Part shown: piece after piece, positions 23,501-35,584 of the stretch
Numbering within the stretch: position 1 is the stretch's first letter
Layout: each line of letters opens with the position of its first letter
Origin: Macrostomum lignano
Lineage: Eukaryota
Assembly: GCA_002269645.1 (NCBI GenBank)
Contig: NIVC01000647.1
Coordinates: forward strand, 124,001 to 188,000
Direction of reading: 5' to 3'
Length of the DNA stretch: 64,000 nucleotides
Position numbers and translations under genes: made by a program
Notes under the pieces: generated by a model
What the model was told of the DNA's origin: nothing
Databases searched by the model: none
The model's input: the letters and a program-made list of their open reading frames with translations, nothing else

Positions 23501-26500
23501 ACCGGGTCCCAAAGGCCTCCGTCGCCCACGTACGCTCTGTTCAGAGCCCTGGGCCAGGCTGAAGACAGGCGGGAGTCGCGCATCTGCAGGAGCGTGTCCC
23601 GGTTGTAGCGGATCAGCTGTCGCTGCTGCTGTCTCTGACCAGCTTCGTGCTGGTGCCGCTTGCTCCCAGCTCGGGGACCGCGAGGCTTCTTGCCTTGGCT
23701 GGCCTTGTCCTCCGTCTTGGCGCAGTTGTTGCTACCCGAGGCTGCGCTGGACAGCGAGGGCTGCGTGCTGTTGCTGCTGCTTGCATCCTGCTGCTGATTG
23801 TTAGTGCTGCTCATTCTGAACGGTTAGATGGTTAGATGTTGGACGCACAGAGAATATGTTTACAAAAATTAAAACACTAGTTGAGTTAATTGCTCTCGCG
23901 CGTTTGTCCAGAAATAGGATTGAACTTAAGTTTCTATGAGATTCTGAGTATCGAAGAGTTTTACATATACTTAGCCAGTAAACGCTACAGCGCAATGTCT
24001 CCAATATTCTTTAGAGGCGTTGAAGGTATGGATGAAGTGCTAAATTATCAAGAGATTTAGAGATTAAATTAGAAACTATAAGAGGCATTTTGAAAACCCA
24101 TGTCGAACATTTTAAATGGAGAATACTTCCAGCACCCGAATATCGTCATCGGTAGTCCATCAGTAGTGTGGACTATAAAAGGCAGTCGCGAAACATGGTT
24201 TTGCTTAATTCTATTGATTACAAAAAGAAACTGTTCCCGTGCTATGAACTAGTAAAAATTGAATGAGCAGACAAAAAGCAACACAAAAATTAAATTACCT
24301 TGATGGCTTTAAGACTTGAACTCCCTGGAAATAAAAGGCCCAAAGTTAACGATGCACGAAGCGTAGAGTTAACTTAAAAAAGGATATTATATATGTACAG
24401 TGAAAATTTAGTGCAAAGAAAAATTTTCTGCTTTATTATAAAGTATTTCTAATAATAAAACACTAGTTTTTTTTACAAATAATTGGGAATAAAAATGGTT
24501 TTAACAGCAAGCTGTGTTTCACTTGTTAAACACCGTAAAATAATAGACTAAAGATTCTCAAAAGCAGTTTATGCTGTTTTAGTGTAATTATATTTGTAAA
24601 AACGAATGCTGCATGCAAACTCTGCTAAAATACTTTTTATTGTTTTTTTGTTGTTATGTCACTAGAGTTACCTAAATGATGGAGAATGCTTATAAGCGTG
24701 AAATCTATTACTGTTATTTATTATCAACGTTTTTTATATATTGGTTTCGAAAATTGTGATTCGTAGAAATTGGCGGAATTCAATGAAAAAAGCAGGGAAG
24801 CTAACCTTTGCGAGGCTTTGCCATAGCAATGTTAGCATAGCTTGAGTACCCAATTTAAAATTATTTAGATTTGCAGGCTACTATTTAATGATTTGTAGGT
24901 CTTATTCTATGCATAAATTAACGTAAATCATTAGCCTGGTGGTCTATTAGTATAAAATGCATCGTGATCGTGTATGACAAAAAAATTAGGCTTCTTCTGT
25001 CACATGTGATGATCATGTGTAGATGTGCCAATTCAATGCAATTGTTATTTCTTTAATACTAGGCTCATACCATTATTAGGCCTAACAATAACTTTGACAA
25101 AGCAAAATATGATATATATAAAACTTAAAAGTTGAAAAATCTTGGCATGAGGCTGAGTCTTTAATCCTTTTTTTATTTTATCAATTAAAACCTGACATTA
25201 ACTGTCATTCAAAATTACAAAACTGAATTCATAATGTATAACAAAAACCATCTTCCAATTTGATCCACATGGATCTGTGTCAATAATTTCTAGCTTATCC
25301 CCAAAAGATGGTTTTTGAACAGATTCATTTTAAGGTTATTTATTCCAATAAGCTACCATGGGGATAGGCTAAAAATTATTGACATGGATTTGTGTGGATA
25401 AAATTGGAATTATTGATATTGCCTATATAGACTTGAATGGTGGCAGCTATATTTCAATAAGTTGCTATGGGGATAGGCCCCTAAGCTGGAAATTATTGAC
25501 ACGGATCTGTATGGATAAAATTGGAATTATCCGTATGGAACCATGGGGATAAGCACTTCCATATAAGTAACTATAAACTATGTATAATTAATAATCCTGA
25601 TAATCCTGAACATTAAGCCAAAGAAAATTTAAGAAATGTAGTATGAATTTTGAAAATGCTATTTTAAAATACAATTTTAGTTTATTGAAAGATGGAAGAT
25701 TTTTTAATAGCTTTGGTTTCTTGCTCCAAATTAATTTTCCAAAGTTCTAGATTATTTTTAAAATTTTTAGTCAATTCAAATTAATTTTTTTAATAATAAA
25801 GAAAGCAATAGCTAGTATACCATGCCATGCTATAGTCATTGTACAATGATTCTCTAGGGACACTAAAACTAGATGGCTAGAAACAATGATAAAGGAGGTC
25901 CCTATCTTGTTTCTAATATTCTAAGGTTTCTGTATTGATAATGATAGAAAAAAGTATTAGATTAGACTATAGACTGATAATTTGTTTTTGACTTTGGGTC
26001 ATATTAGTATATCTAAGTCTTATTGCCTCTAACAATGTCAACTAGCTTCTTTGATGCTTTTTAACAATTTTTTAGCATTTTTATACTAGTCTATCTTAAC
26101 CAATCTCTGCTCATATGATAGCAAATATAGTATTTATTAAGTATATAGATTCCAAAGACTTAGATAGGCCCTATTGCAATCTATAATCCCAAAGATGCTA
26201 GGTCCTAGGCAGTCTAGTACTATATGCATGGCATGTATCAATAAGTTAGAAAAGTTATTTTGGCAAGCTTTGCACAGCAATAGTATGGCATATAAAAAGT
26301 AAAAAAATGCATAGCACCATAGTTAGAGCTATCTAGTAGCTGGGCCACAGAAATTTTTAGTCTTTTTACTAAAAAGATATGATACATGTCACTTTTGAAG
26401 TGAGTATTATATATTAATGGTTGTTATTGTATGCACAGTGCATAGGGTTGCGCAATAGTTATAATTTATACATAGTCAATTAAGATAAACTCATTGGGAA

Positions 26501-27880
26501 AAGGTGTTGCAAGCTAAGAAAAACATTTTGCTAGTTTCAGATTGTACTTGAAATAATAGTGGATAATTGTAAGAAAATTGCAATTTTTTAAGCTCTATGA
26601 CTTTTAGCATAGGGTTTATGCTAATTAGACTCTAAATAAATCAGAGTTGGCTAAGTAGATGGCAACAAGACTTAACAAAGACTTGGTTTATATATTGCAT
26701 AGGAGTAGTTAGATCATATTTGCATTATATGCATCAATAGACCAAATTGATAGGCAGGTCTAGTGGATAAATTTGGAAGGAATCATATAATTTCAATATT
26801 AGTTTTTTTATTATATATTTGCAATTGATAGATCATATTATTATCATTGTCATTAAAACTTACTTAGTTCCTATGTTCCTATGTTCCTAAGTTCCTATGT
26901 AAGTTCCTAATTCCTATGTAGTACTATGGCATTTATAGTAATATATATAGTTATATGCCAAAAAATCTTGGTCTGATCTTTAAATCTTCCTAGATAAAAT
27001 TAAACAAGTCTAATTATAATTATATGCAAATTCAATCAAAGCTAAATTGATTAGCTATATTGCTTATTTAAATATATATAACAATTTTTCTTAAATTCCA
27101 AGTCAACATATATGTATCTTATAATGTAACATATTTTTTCTTTTGTATAGAGTCTATATTTTTTAGTTCACATTGATTTAAACATTTTTTCATAAAATAG
27201 ATATTATTATTAGCTAGGATAGTTGAAAATATATATTGTAACCCCCTATTCCTTGGACTAAATAGCCATATATAGGCTTTAGATACACTATAATAATTGT
27301 AGCAAAGATATCATTTGCATATCTAGTCATTAGGATGTTTTTTTTCTTGTTTTATTCATTTTTGTATTTCTGTCCTATGCAACCACTTAATTTTTTTATG
27401 ATTTTCTAAGTTTATTGCAGACAAAAAATAGATTGTTTGTCTATAATGACTATTCTCTCATGACAGTCTAATATTGAGTATAAAAGTTCAAGGATTATAA
27501 TCCAAAGTGAATAGTAGCAATTAAAATTAATGTATTTAAAAACATTGTACATTGCAACTTTTAAGTATTCAAAGTCTATTAGATAATAGTAGACTATAAG
27601 CACACAATGGACACATTGATTTTAACCCTTTTTTCATTAGGGTAAATCCCTACTTATAGCAATAATTTGCATTGCTATAAGCCATAACTTTGCAAATAGG
27701 AAAATTTCTGCTTAGTTGCAAGGATGTTGATCAAATGATATGCTTTAATATATAACTATAATCTTGACTTTTTTAATAAAAAATGTAATGTTTAATAAGT
27801 TTTGAAAAATCAGAACTACTACTAGTATGGGAAAATGAAACACTGTGAATCAAGTGAGAGCATGTAGTGTTAGCATATAT

Positions 27881-28036
27881 GCGCAACCTTGGGAATCACT
27901 TAGTCATTTCTATTGGCAACACACACATGTAAGTTGCTATTGGCTGAGAGCAGTCACGTGACTACTATTCCATCCAATAGCAACTTACACGTGTGTGTTG
28001 CCAATAGAAATGGCTGGGTGAATCCCTAGGTTGTGC
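27881..28036. repeat. About 155-bp imperfect palindrome (hairpin; MITE-like or regulatory)
   Basis: GCAACCTTGGGAATCAC..CATTTCTATTGGCAACACACACATGTAAGTTGCTATTGG is mirrored by CCAATAGCAACTTACACGTGTGTGTTGCCAATAGAAATG..GTGAATCCCTAGGTTG. The loop contains AGTCACGTGACT. Confidence 0.85.
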
Positions 28037-28593
28037 CCAAGCATGAGTGTTAGAGTTTAAGCATTTGATAATTTAAAATTTATACAAAAAAGACAATCAT
28101 TACATTTATGAATAGTATAAGCAAAACAAATCTGAATTTAGTGTGGCACCATTATAGTTAAAATTAAATATTGCCCTAATTTGAGTTTCTTTTAAGCCCA
28201 CCTTTAGCCAGTGATAAGACTATAGTTAAAGTATTGAATTCTTCAGTTTTAAATCTATATATAAAAAGTAGGTTTCATATAAAGATTCTCTTTTATCTAT
28301 GTTATGCCAAGCTTGGCAGTGAATAAAAACACTAGTAGAGCTAGTTGAATAAATAAATGTTGCTTTTTACGCTCATACTACTGAACAGAGAGTAGTTTTG
28401 TTATAAATATAGTTAAGTGAACCATTCAGCGTACTTTGTATCTGTGCCAGTAACCAGTGGCTTGATGAAATTGCCCCCGCTCCCAGTTGGTACTTGCTAG
28501 CTAATTGTTTCGTCTATGGGCAGAAGTGCAAGTTATCTCTAAAGCCAACTATGCAATGCTTATTTATCTATCTGAGCCCGTGTCAATCTTCAG

Positions 28594-31500
28594 TCTGATG
28601 CTATCTCCGTTCAGCGGCGTCAGTCCGCACTTGTGGAAGACGATAACCGGACAGAAGCCGATTCCGGGTGTCCGAAAGCGGACGACCCAGTGTCCGAGAC
28701 TGTCCGAGCTGACTCGGAGGAGTCGTGTTTAGTTGAAGGCGAAGAACTATCTAGCGAGTCGAGACAGCAGCAGTTTGCTAATCCACTGTTCGATTCGGAT
28801 AGCGAGGGCGAAGATTCCGGCGGATTGGACGAGTTCGACGAGGAGATTCGAGCTGCTGTTGCTGCCGCCGCTGATCAGCCTGCTGAAGGTGAGCTGTCCT
28901 AATCCCATGGGGTGGGGGCTGAAAGTGATCTGTCTTTTTTAATCCCATGGGGTGGCTGTCCTAATCCCATGAGTGGCTGTCCTAATCCCATGGGGTGGCT
29001 GTCCTAATCCCATGGGGTGGGGGCTGAAAGTGATCTGTCTTTTTTAATCCCATGGGGTGGCTGTCCTAATCCCATGAGTGGCTGTCCTAATCCCATGGGG
29101 TGGCTGTCCTAATCCCATGGGGTGGGGGCTGAAAGTGATCTGTCTTTTTTAATCCCATGGGGTGGCTGTCCTAATCCCATGGGGTAGGGGCTGAAAGTGA
29201 TCTGTCTTTTTTAATCCCATGGGGTGGCTGTCCTAATCCAATCGGATGGCTGCCTTAATCCAATCGGATGGCTGTCTTAATCCCATAGGGTGGCTGTCTT
29301 AATCCAATCGGATGGCTGTCTTAATCCCATAGGGTGGCTGTCTTAATCCCATAGGGTGGCTGTCTTAATCCCATAGGGTGGCTGTCTTAATCCCATCGGG
29401 TGGCTGTCTTAATCCCATGGGGTGGCTGTCTTAATCCCATGGGGTGGCTGTCTTAATCCCATGGGGGTGGCTGTCTTAATCCCATAGGGTGGCTGTCTTA
29501 ATCCCATGGGGGTGGCTGTCTTAATCCCATCGGGTGGCTGTCTTAATCCCATGGGGTGGCTGTCTTAATCCCATGGGGTGGCTGTCTTAATCCCATGGGG
29601 GTGGCTGTCTTAATCCCATAGGGTGGCTGTCTTAATCCCATAGGGTGGCTGTCTTAATCCCATAGGGTGGCTGTCTTAATCCCATAGGGTGGCTGTCTTA
29701 ATCCCATCGGGTGGCTGTCTTAATCCCATGGGGTGGCTTTCTTAATCCCATGGGGTGGCTGTCTTAATCCCATGGGGGTGGCTGTCTTAATCCCATGGGG
29801 GTGGCTGTCTTAATCCCATAGGGTGGCTGTCTTAATCCCATGGGGGTGGCTGTCTTAATCCCATCGGGTGGCTGTCTTAATCCCATGGGGTGGCTGTCTT
29901 AATCCCATGGGGTGGCTGTCTTAATCCCATGGGGGTGGCTGTCTTAATCCCATAGGGTGGCTGTCTTAATCCCATAGGGTGGCTGTCTTAATCCCATCGG
30001 GTGGCTGTCTTAATCCCATGAGGGTGGCTGTCTTAATCCCACGGGGGTGGCTGTTTTGATCCCATAGGATGGCTGTCTTAATCCCACGGGGTGGCTGTTT
30101 TGATCCCATGGAGAGCAGCTTGTGTGTGCTCAGCAGTCAGCGGAATGGGCAGAATCGCTTCAGCGCTGGTCGTGAGGAATGTCGCCAAAGGCGTTGCGCC
30201 AGGGTGCGCGCAGCCTTCCCCCGAATATTTAATATTTGACTCCCACAATTCCAAGTGTCGCAAGTTCAAATCCCTGTATTACCTGAACTCGTACTGTCTA
30301 TAATTTAGATTGCAATCCACCATCAAGTCTGCCCGGAGAATCGGACCCAGCTTTCGATAGCAAAGTTGTTAGTACCAAGCACGCAGACGCTCCAGCGGCC
30401 TCCGTTGCCTGCACTCAATACAGAGTGGATTCGGGAGCAGTGGACCAGGCGGCGGTGGATCGCAGCGGTTCGCCGCTGTACCGCCACCCGAATCACCGGG
30501 AGATGCTGTCGGCCATAGAGCTTGAGCTGGCTAACAATGACGAGCGAAACCTATGGCAGGACGCTTATAGACGATTGAGCCTGGCCTCGGGTTCGGACGG
30601 AGCTTCGTCTGCTCCGCTGAGCACGGCAGCTGCCAGGCATCCGGATAATCGGCTGCTCAACCGGTACCGCGACGTGCTGCCCTACGACCATAGCCGGGTA
30701 AAACTGGCTTCAATATATTCTTGAATGCTGGCAATGATCTTGAATCCCCAGAATTGACTGCTTATGAATTAGATAATTTGATCAATCCTGACTGATCCCC
30801 GACTTCCATAAGTCCCCAAATTATTTCCAAATCCCATAATTCCCCAACAAGAACAGAACAACATAAATCCCCAAATTAATCCCAAATCCCATAAATCCCC
30901 GACAACAACAGAACAACATAAATCCCCAAATTATTCCCAAATCCCATAAATCCCCAAATGATCCCTAAATCCCATTAATCCCCGAATGACCCCCAAATCC
31001 CATTAATCCCCAAATCCCCAAATCCTCAAATGACCCCCAAATTTCATAAATCCCCAAATGATCCTCGGATCCCATCTACCAAAAGAGCTTCACATTCATA
31101 ATCCCTAAATAATACCCACATCATCTAATCTCCCAAATGATTCCAATTCCAGAATCCCCCAAATTATCCCAATTTCATAATCCCCCAAATTATCTCAAAT
31201 ACCATAGTCTCCCAAATTTTCTAAATTATCCACAAATCCGATAATCCCCAAATGATCCCCACATCCGATTATCCCCGCATCCCATGATTTCCTAAATGAT
31301 CCCTAAATCCCATAATCTCACAAATTATCCAAAAATCCCATCATTTCCCTAATGATCTCCAAAATCTATAATGTCCTAAATGATATTTACTCTGTAGGTG
31401 CGGCTCTCCCCGATCAGCCGGTCGCACGCCAGCAGCCTGGGCCTGAGCGGGGATTACATCAATGCCAGCATAGTTCGAGCCGAGCACGCCGGCCGGGTGT

Positions 31501-32579
31501 TCGCCATGGCCCAGGGCCCTCTGCCGGCCACGGTCGGCCACTTCTGGCTGATGGTGTGGCAGCTGCGCAGTCGCGGAGTCGTCATGCTCAATCGAGTATT
31601 TGAAAAAGGCGCCCTCAAATGTCATCCGTATTTTCCGGACGAGCGAACGAAACGAGTCGATTGTCCGGACGTTGGCCTGCGAGTCGAGCTGGTCTCTTCC
31701 GAATCATTAGGCTATTACATTGTTCGCGGCTTCCGGTTGTCGTTGCTAAGCAATAAAACCAGCGATCCGGAGCCGGCGTCCGCAGTTCGAGACCTGCTGC
31801 ACTATCAGTACTTGACTTGGCCGGATTTCGGGGTGCCGCAGACTCCGGGCGCTTTCCTGAACTTCCTGATGGCTGTCCGCCGTTCGGGCCTCCTGTCTGA
31901 CCCGGACAGGCCGCCGGTTGTCCACTGCTCGGCCGGGATTGGCCGGACAGGCAGCCTGGCCGTCATAGACGTCTGCCTGGCTTTGATCGCCCGTCGTGGC
32001 AGCCTCTACGGAGTTGACCTGCCCGGCGAGATCCGGCGCCTCCGCCGCGACCGCATGGGCCTGGTGCAGACGCCGGACCAGCTGCGGTTCTGCTACCAGG
32101 CCGTTGTCATGGGCGGCCGGGCGATACTGGCTAACGGAGTCGATCGGGCCGACAGTTTGTCGTTTAGCATCGACGAGGCCGACAGGCGACAATTCGGCAT
32201 GGCTAATAACAGCTTCGCCGAGGCCGGCGACTCTGATGACGAATCTTCTTCTAGTAGCAGCGGCGGCAGCAATCATTCTTCAGCAATAAACGATAACGCT
32301 TATAGTCTGTTGCGGGGTAACCTGGACAGGCAGAGGACCACCTGGCTGAGCTGCCAGCACAGGCTTAGCGGCGGTGGCGGCGGCGGCGTTCCATTTCCGC
32401 TGTACAATGAGGAAGACGAAGCTGCCGACGACAAGAGGGCAGCAGCTGCGGGCGTCGATGCTGCTGAAGCCGCCTTCAAGCCGATTCCAACGCCTGTCGT
32501 TCGTCTGCGCGACCTGGCCTGGATCTCGCTGCTGACTGCCCTGGGCGCCTACCTGGTTTATCAGATGGGAGCAGCTTGA
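28594..32579 (+). CDS. PTPN1: Non-receptor tyrosine phosphatase, PTP1B/TC-PTP (PTPN1/PTPN2/Ptp61F) type. Exons (28594-28888 probable), 30309-30697, 31398-32579; could start at ATG 30503
   Basis: NRYRDVLPYDHSR, DYINAS, WPDFGVP, VVHCSAGIGRTG and QTPDQLRF motifs, plus a hydrophobic C-terminal tail (LAWISLLTALGAYLVY). Phase-0 join CGG|GTAAAA..TGTAG|GTG. The upstream acidic exon joins in phase 1 (GAAG|GTGAGC..TTTAG|ATTGC). The family call is firm; the 5' structure is not. Confidence 0.85.
28889..30110. repeat. 20-22-bp intronic minisatellite (GTGGCTGTCTTAATCCCATGG[G])
   Basis: Tandem units; the first unit begins at the GT donor (GTGAGCTGTCCTAATCCCATGGG). Confidence 0.95.
30780..31345. repeat. Degenerate CCCAAAT/AATCCCC-rich intronic repeat
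   Basis: Recurrent ATCCCCAAAT-like motifs filling the PTP intron. Confidence 0.7.
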
Positions 32580-32819
32580 CTCTCTGCCAGCTGGTCGCTT
32601 TCACTCATTTTGAACATGTATCATTTTTTCGTTGATTTATAATATCAACTCGAGGTGTGCGCGCGTCTGTGTATGACTTTTTCCTCGGATCAAAAGATAC
32701 TTGCATGTTTTTCAATGTTCTGTATGATAAATATAAGCGAAAGTAGCCATAGAAACAACTCGATAAATTTATTGATTATTATTTCAGAATTTTAAGATGT
32801 GGGGACTTTAACCTTGCCT

Positions 32820-32965
32820 TGTGTGGTTGCTATGCGGTATTACGGTTACTATGCGGTTGCTATGCGGTTGCTATGCGGTTGCTACGCTGTTGCTATGCGG
32901 TTGCTACGCGGTTGCTACGCTGTTGCAATGCGGTTGCTATGCGGTTGCTACGCAGTTGCTATGCA
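32820..32965. repeat. 11-bp repeat (TATGCGGTTGC)
   Basis: Tandem units downstream of the PTP stop. Confidence 0.9.
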
Positions 32966-33624
32966 ATTAAAATCTGTAATAAAATATTCTATGGCTTGGA
33001 TGATGAGCTGGAATTTTATTAGACGGTGTACGGCAAATCTCTGATATTAATGCCTGTCTTTTCTATGGTCTAAATACAATCTCTGCTTGGAATAATCATA
33101 TTTATTATTGCTGTAATTTTAATTTTAATTTCCTTTCTGGTCATCCGCAGTTGCCGGATCTCTCTAGCCAGGTAAATAAAAAACTCACAAATAGTATTAA
33201 TTTTGTAAATAATTATAAAATCCAGCGTCTTCTTGTGTGTCAGCCTGGAGCTTTTTCATATAGTCTTGCGACTAACGACCAATCAATCAATTTCTCTGCT
33301 TGTTGATGAATCTCTGTAATAAAAATACCAGACCACATTTTTAGTATCGCTTTTCGTAACCCTGCTTTTGTAGCCCTTTTTTGTCTTGTATACAGTTTTG
33401 TTTTAATAAGCAGATCTTTTTTTCAAACTCTAGCGAAAATTTGCGTCGTACTTTCGTTTGACTTTGTGTTTTTTTTAATGAAGTTGGAAATTAATACCGC
33501 GCTTGAGTCTTCTGCTATCGGAATTCTGTTTATTAATCTCATTTCTCGATGAGGATACAAGTCTTGGAGCTTCATTGCTTTTAACGGTTGTAATATCCAC
33601 TCTTGCTGTAAATCCTTCCTTGCA

Positions 33625-34590
33625 TTTCCCCCATCTGTCTCTTGTCTTGCATCTCCCCTCCCCTCCATCTGTCTCTTATCTTGCATCTCCCCTCCCTCCA
33701 TCTGTCTCTTATCTTGCATCCCCTCCCCTCCATCTGTCTCTTATCTTGCATCTCCCCTCCCTCCATCTGTCTCTTATCTTGCATCTCCCCTCCCTCCATC
33801 TGTCTCTTATCTTGCATCCCCTCCCCTCCATCTGTCTCTTATCTTGCATCCCCTCCCCTCCATCTGTCTCTTATCTTGCATCCCTCCCCTCCATCTGTCT
33901 CTTATCTTGCATCCCCTCCCCTCCATCTGTCTCTTATCTTGCATCTCCCCTCCCTCCATCTGTCTCTTATCTTGCATCCCCTCCCCTCCATCTGTCTCTT
34001 ATCTTGCATCCCCTCCCCTCCATCTGTCTCTTATCTTGCATCCCCTCCCCTCCATCTGTCTCTTATCTTGCATCTCCCCTCCCTCCATCTGTCTCTTATC
34101 TTGCATCCCCTCCCCTCCATCTGTCTCTTATCTTGCATCCCCTCCCCTCCATCTGTCTCTTATCTTGCATCCCCTCCCCTCCATCTGTCTCTTATCTTGC
34201 ATCCCCTCCCCTCCATCTGTCTCTTATCTTGCATCCCCTCCCCTCCATCTGTCTCTTATCTTGCATCCCCTCCCCTCCATCTGTCTCTTATCTTGCATCT
34301 CCCCTCCCTCCATCTGTCTCTTATCTTGCATCCCCTCCCCTCCATCTGTCTCTTATCTTGCATCCCCTCCCCTCCATCTGTCTCTTATCTTGCATCCCCT
34401 CCCCTCCATCTGTCTCTTATCTTGCATCCCCTCCCCTCCATCTGTCTCTTATCTTGCATCCCCTCCCCTCCATCTGTCTCTTATCTTGCATCCCCTCCAT
34501 CTGTCTCTTATCTTGCATCCCCTCCCCTCCATCTGTCTCTTATCTTGCATCCCCTCCATCTGTCTCTTACCTTGCATCTCCCCTCCATCT
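33625..34590. repeat. 32/33-bp pyrimidine-rich minisatellite (CTCCATCTGTCTCTTATCTTGCATCCCCTCCC)
   Basis: About 30 tandem units; the source of the overlapping LSLILH pseudo-ORFs. Confidence 0.95.
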
Positions 34591-34706
34591 CTTGTGTTGC
34601 ACCTCTCAGGTCGCATATAAATTGTCTTTGATCTAGAGTATTAGTGCCTACTAAAAGTAGAGTGCGCGTACATGTGTCAGTCACTCGCACACACTTCAGC
34701 AGAAGC

Positions 34707-34988
34707 ATGTCTACCCCAGAAGAGGCCTCGCCGGCAGCCTTCGAAGAAGAGTCCGCAGAGCCTGACGCCGATCCAGCACAATGGACTCCAGCTGGCGCAG
34801 AAATCCGGCGCAGAAGCAAATCGGAGCGGTTGCGCCGAACCCAGGAACAGATCGATCGGATGCGAGCCAACATGAAGAACTGGGAGGTGAAACGGTGGCG
34901 AAAGCGGTGGTCAACTAGAATCGGTATTGCTGCGGCTATGCTGCTGTTTTCCGCTGGCTGCTACTACTTGTACTTTTACTACAGGTAG
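34707..34988 (+). CDS. Small tail-anchored protein or alternative PTP terminal exon (basic coiled coil plus C-terminal transmembrane segment)
   Basis: MSTPEEASP...IRRRSKSERLRRTQEQIDRMRANMKNWEVKRWRKRW followed by IGIAAAMLLFSAGCYYLYFYYR. GC-rich coding-like composition; CAGCAG acceptor 4 nt before the ATG. Confidence 0.65.
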   Translation: MSTPEEASPAAFEEESAEPDADPAQWTPAGAEIRRRSKSERLRRTQEQIDRMRANMKNWEVKRWRKRWSTRIGIAAAMLLFSAGCYYLYFYYR

Positions 34989-35584
34989 TTGCGCGTTCCA
35001 GTGCTGGTGCGTTGTGTCCGTCAGCTAAGTGGTAGTAGATAAAAGAGTATTCGATATTTTTTGCGTACGCGATATTAAAAAAGGCGCTCCTCCATGTTGC
35101 GCAAATACCGCTGCATTGGAAACAATCTGCTGCTGCCGTTATGTATTGTAGTAATTGTTATGGCCCTGAGTTTCGACACTACTTGTATATTGATTTTTCT
35201 CTCTCTTTCTGGAGTGGCTGCTGTCTGTATTTTCTATTAATTTTTAGTGTACTGTTCTTGAAATATAATTGAGTGTAGGCCAATTAGAAACTGTTTGCTT
35301 TAGTTTTTCATGTATTGCTAGTGTTGATTTTCTTTTTTGTTTTACTGCCAAGTTTACTGCTGAGAGTACGAGTATACTTTAGAAAAAAGTACTATAGAGT
35401 CTAGGATTAAATAGAGACTCAATGGAAATATGACTGTAGAAGATCCATTCTGTCCATTCTAGAAGCCAAGGAGAATCCCAGTAGGAACTCGAGGGAATCC
35501 TAGGAAAAACCCGATGAGAATCCCAGTAGAAACTCGAGGGAATCCTATGTGAAACCCGATCAGAATCCCAGAGGGAATCCTAAG

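Larger units (their letters stand above)
18168..23814 (-). pseudogene. EIF4ENIF1: 4E-T copy B, inverted. Exons 23814-23433, 23333-23244, 22162-20614, (19601-19461), 18665-18168; 1-nt deletion in exon 3 near 21725 (true lesion or assembly error)
   Basis: Reverse complement of copy A. Exon 3 is 1549 nt versus 1556 nt (a 6-nt in-frame deletion plus a C4-to-C3 loss in GGCCTCCCCGAA). The ORF track starts at MEAAEG rather than MEKLEL, and the shifted frame stops about 34 codons later. Confidence 0.75.
16979..23820 (-). repeat. Right arm of the large inverted duplication
   Basis: Reverse complement of 963-8031, except for intron 2 (about 22163-23243) and array copy numbers. Confidence 0.95.

Noticed and set aside
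23821-27850. About 4-kb AT-rich stretch
   Set aside because: No credible ORF, RNA gene or element beyond small local repeats; treated as intergenic or upstream intron DNA.
33423-34636. 258-377 aa ORFs (LHLSLILH...)
   Set aside because: Products of the 32-bp satellite, open in several frames at once.
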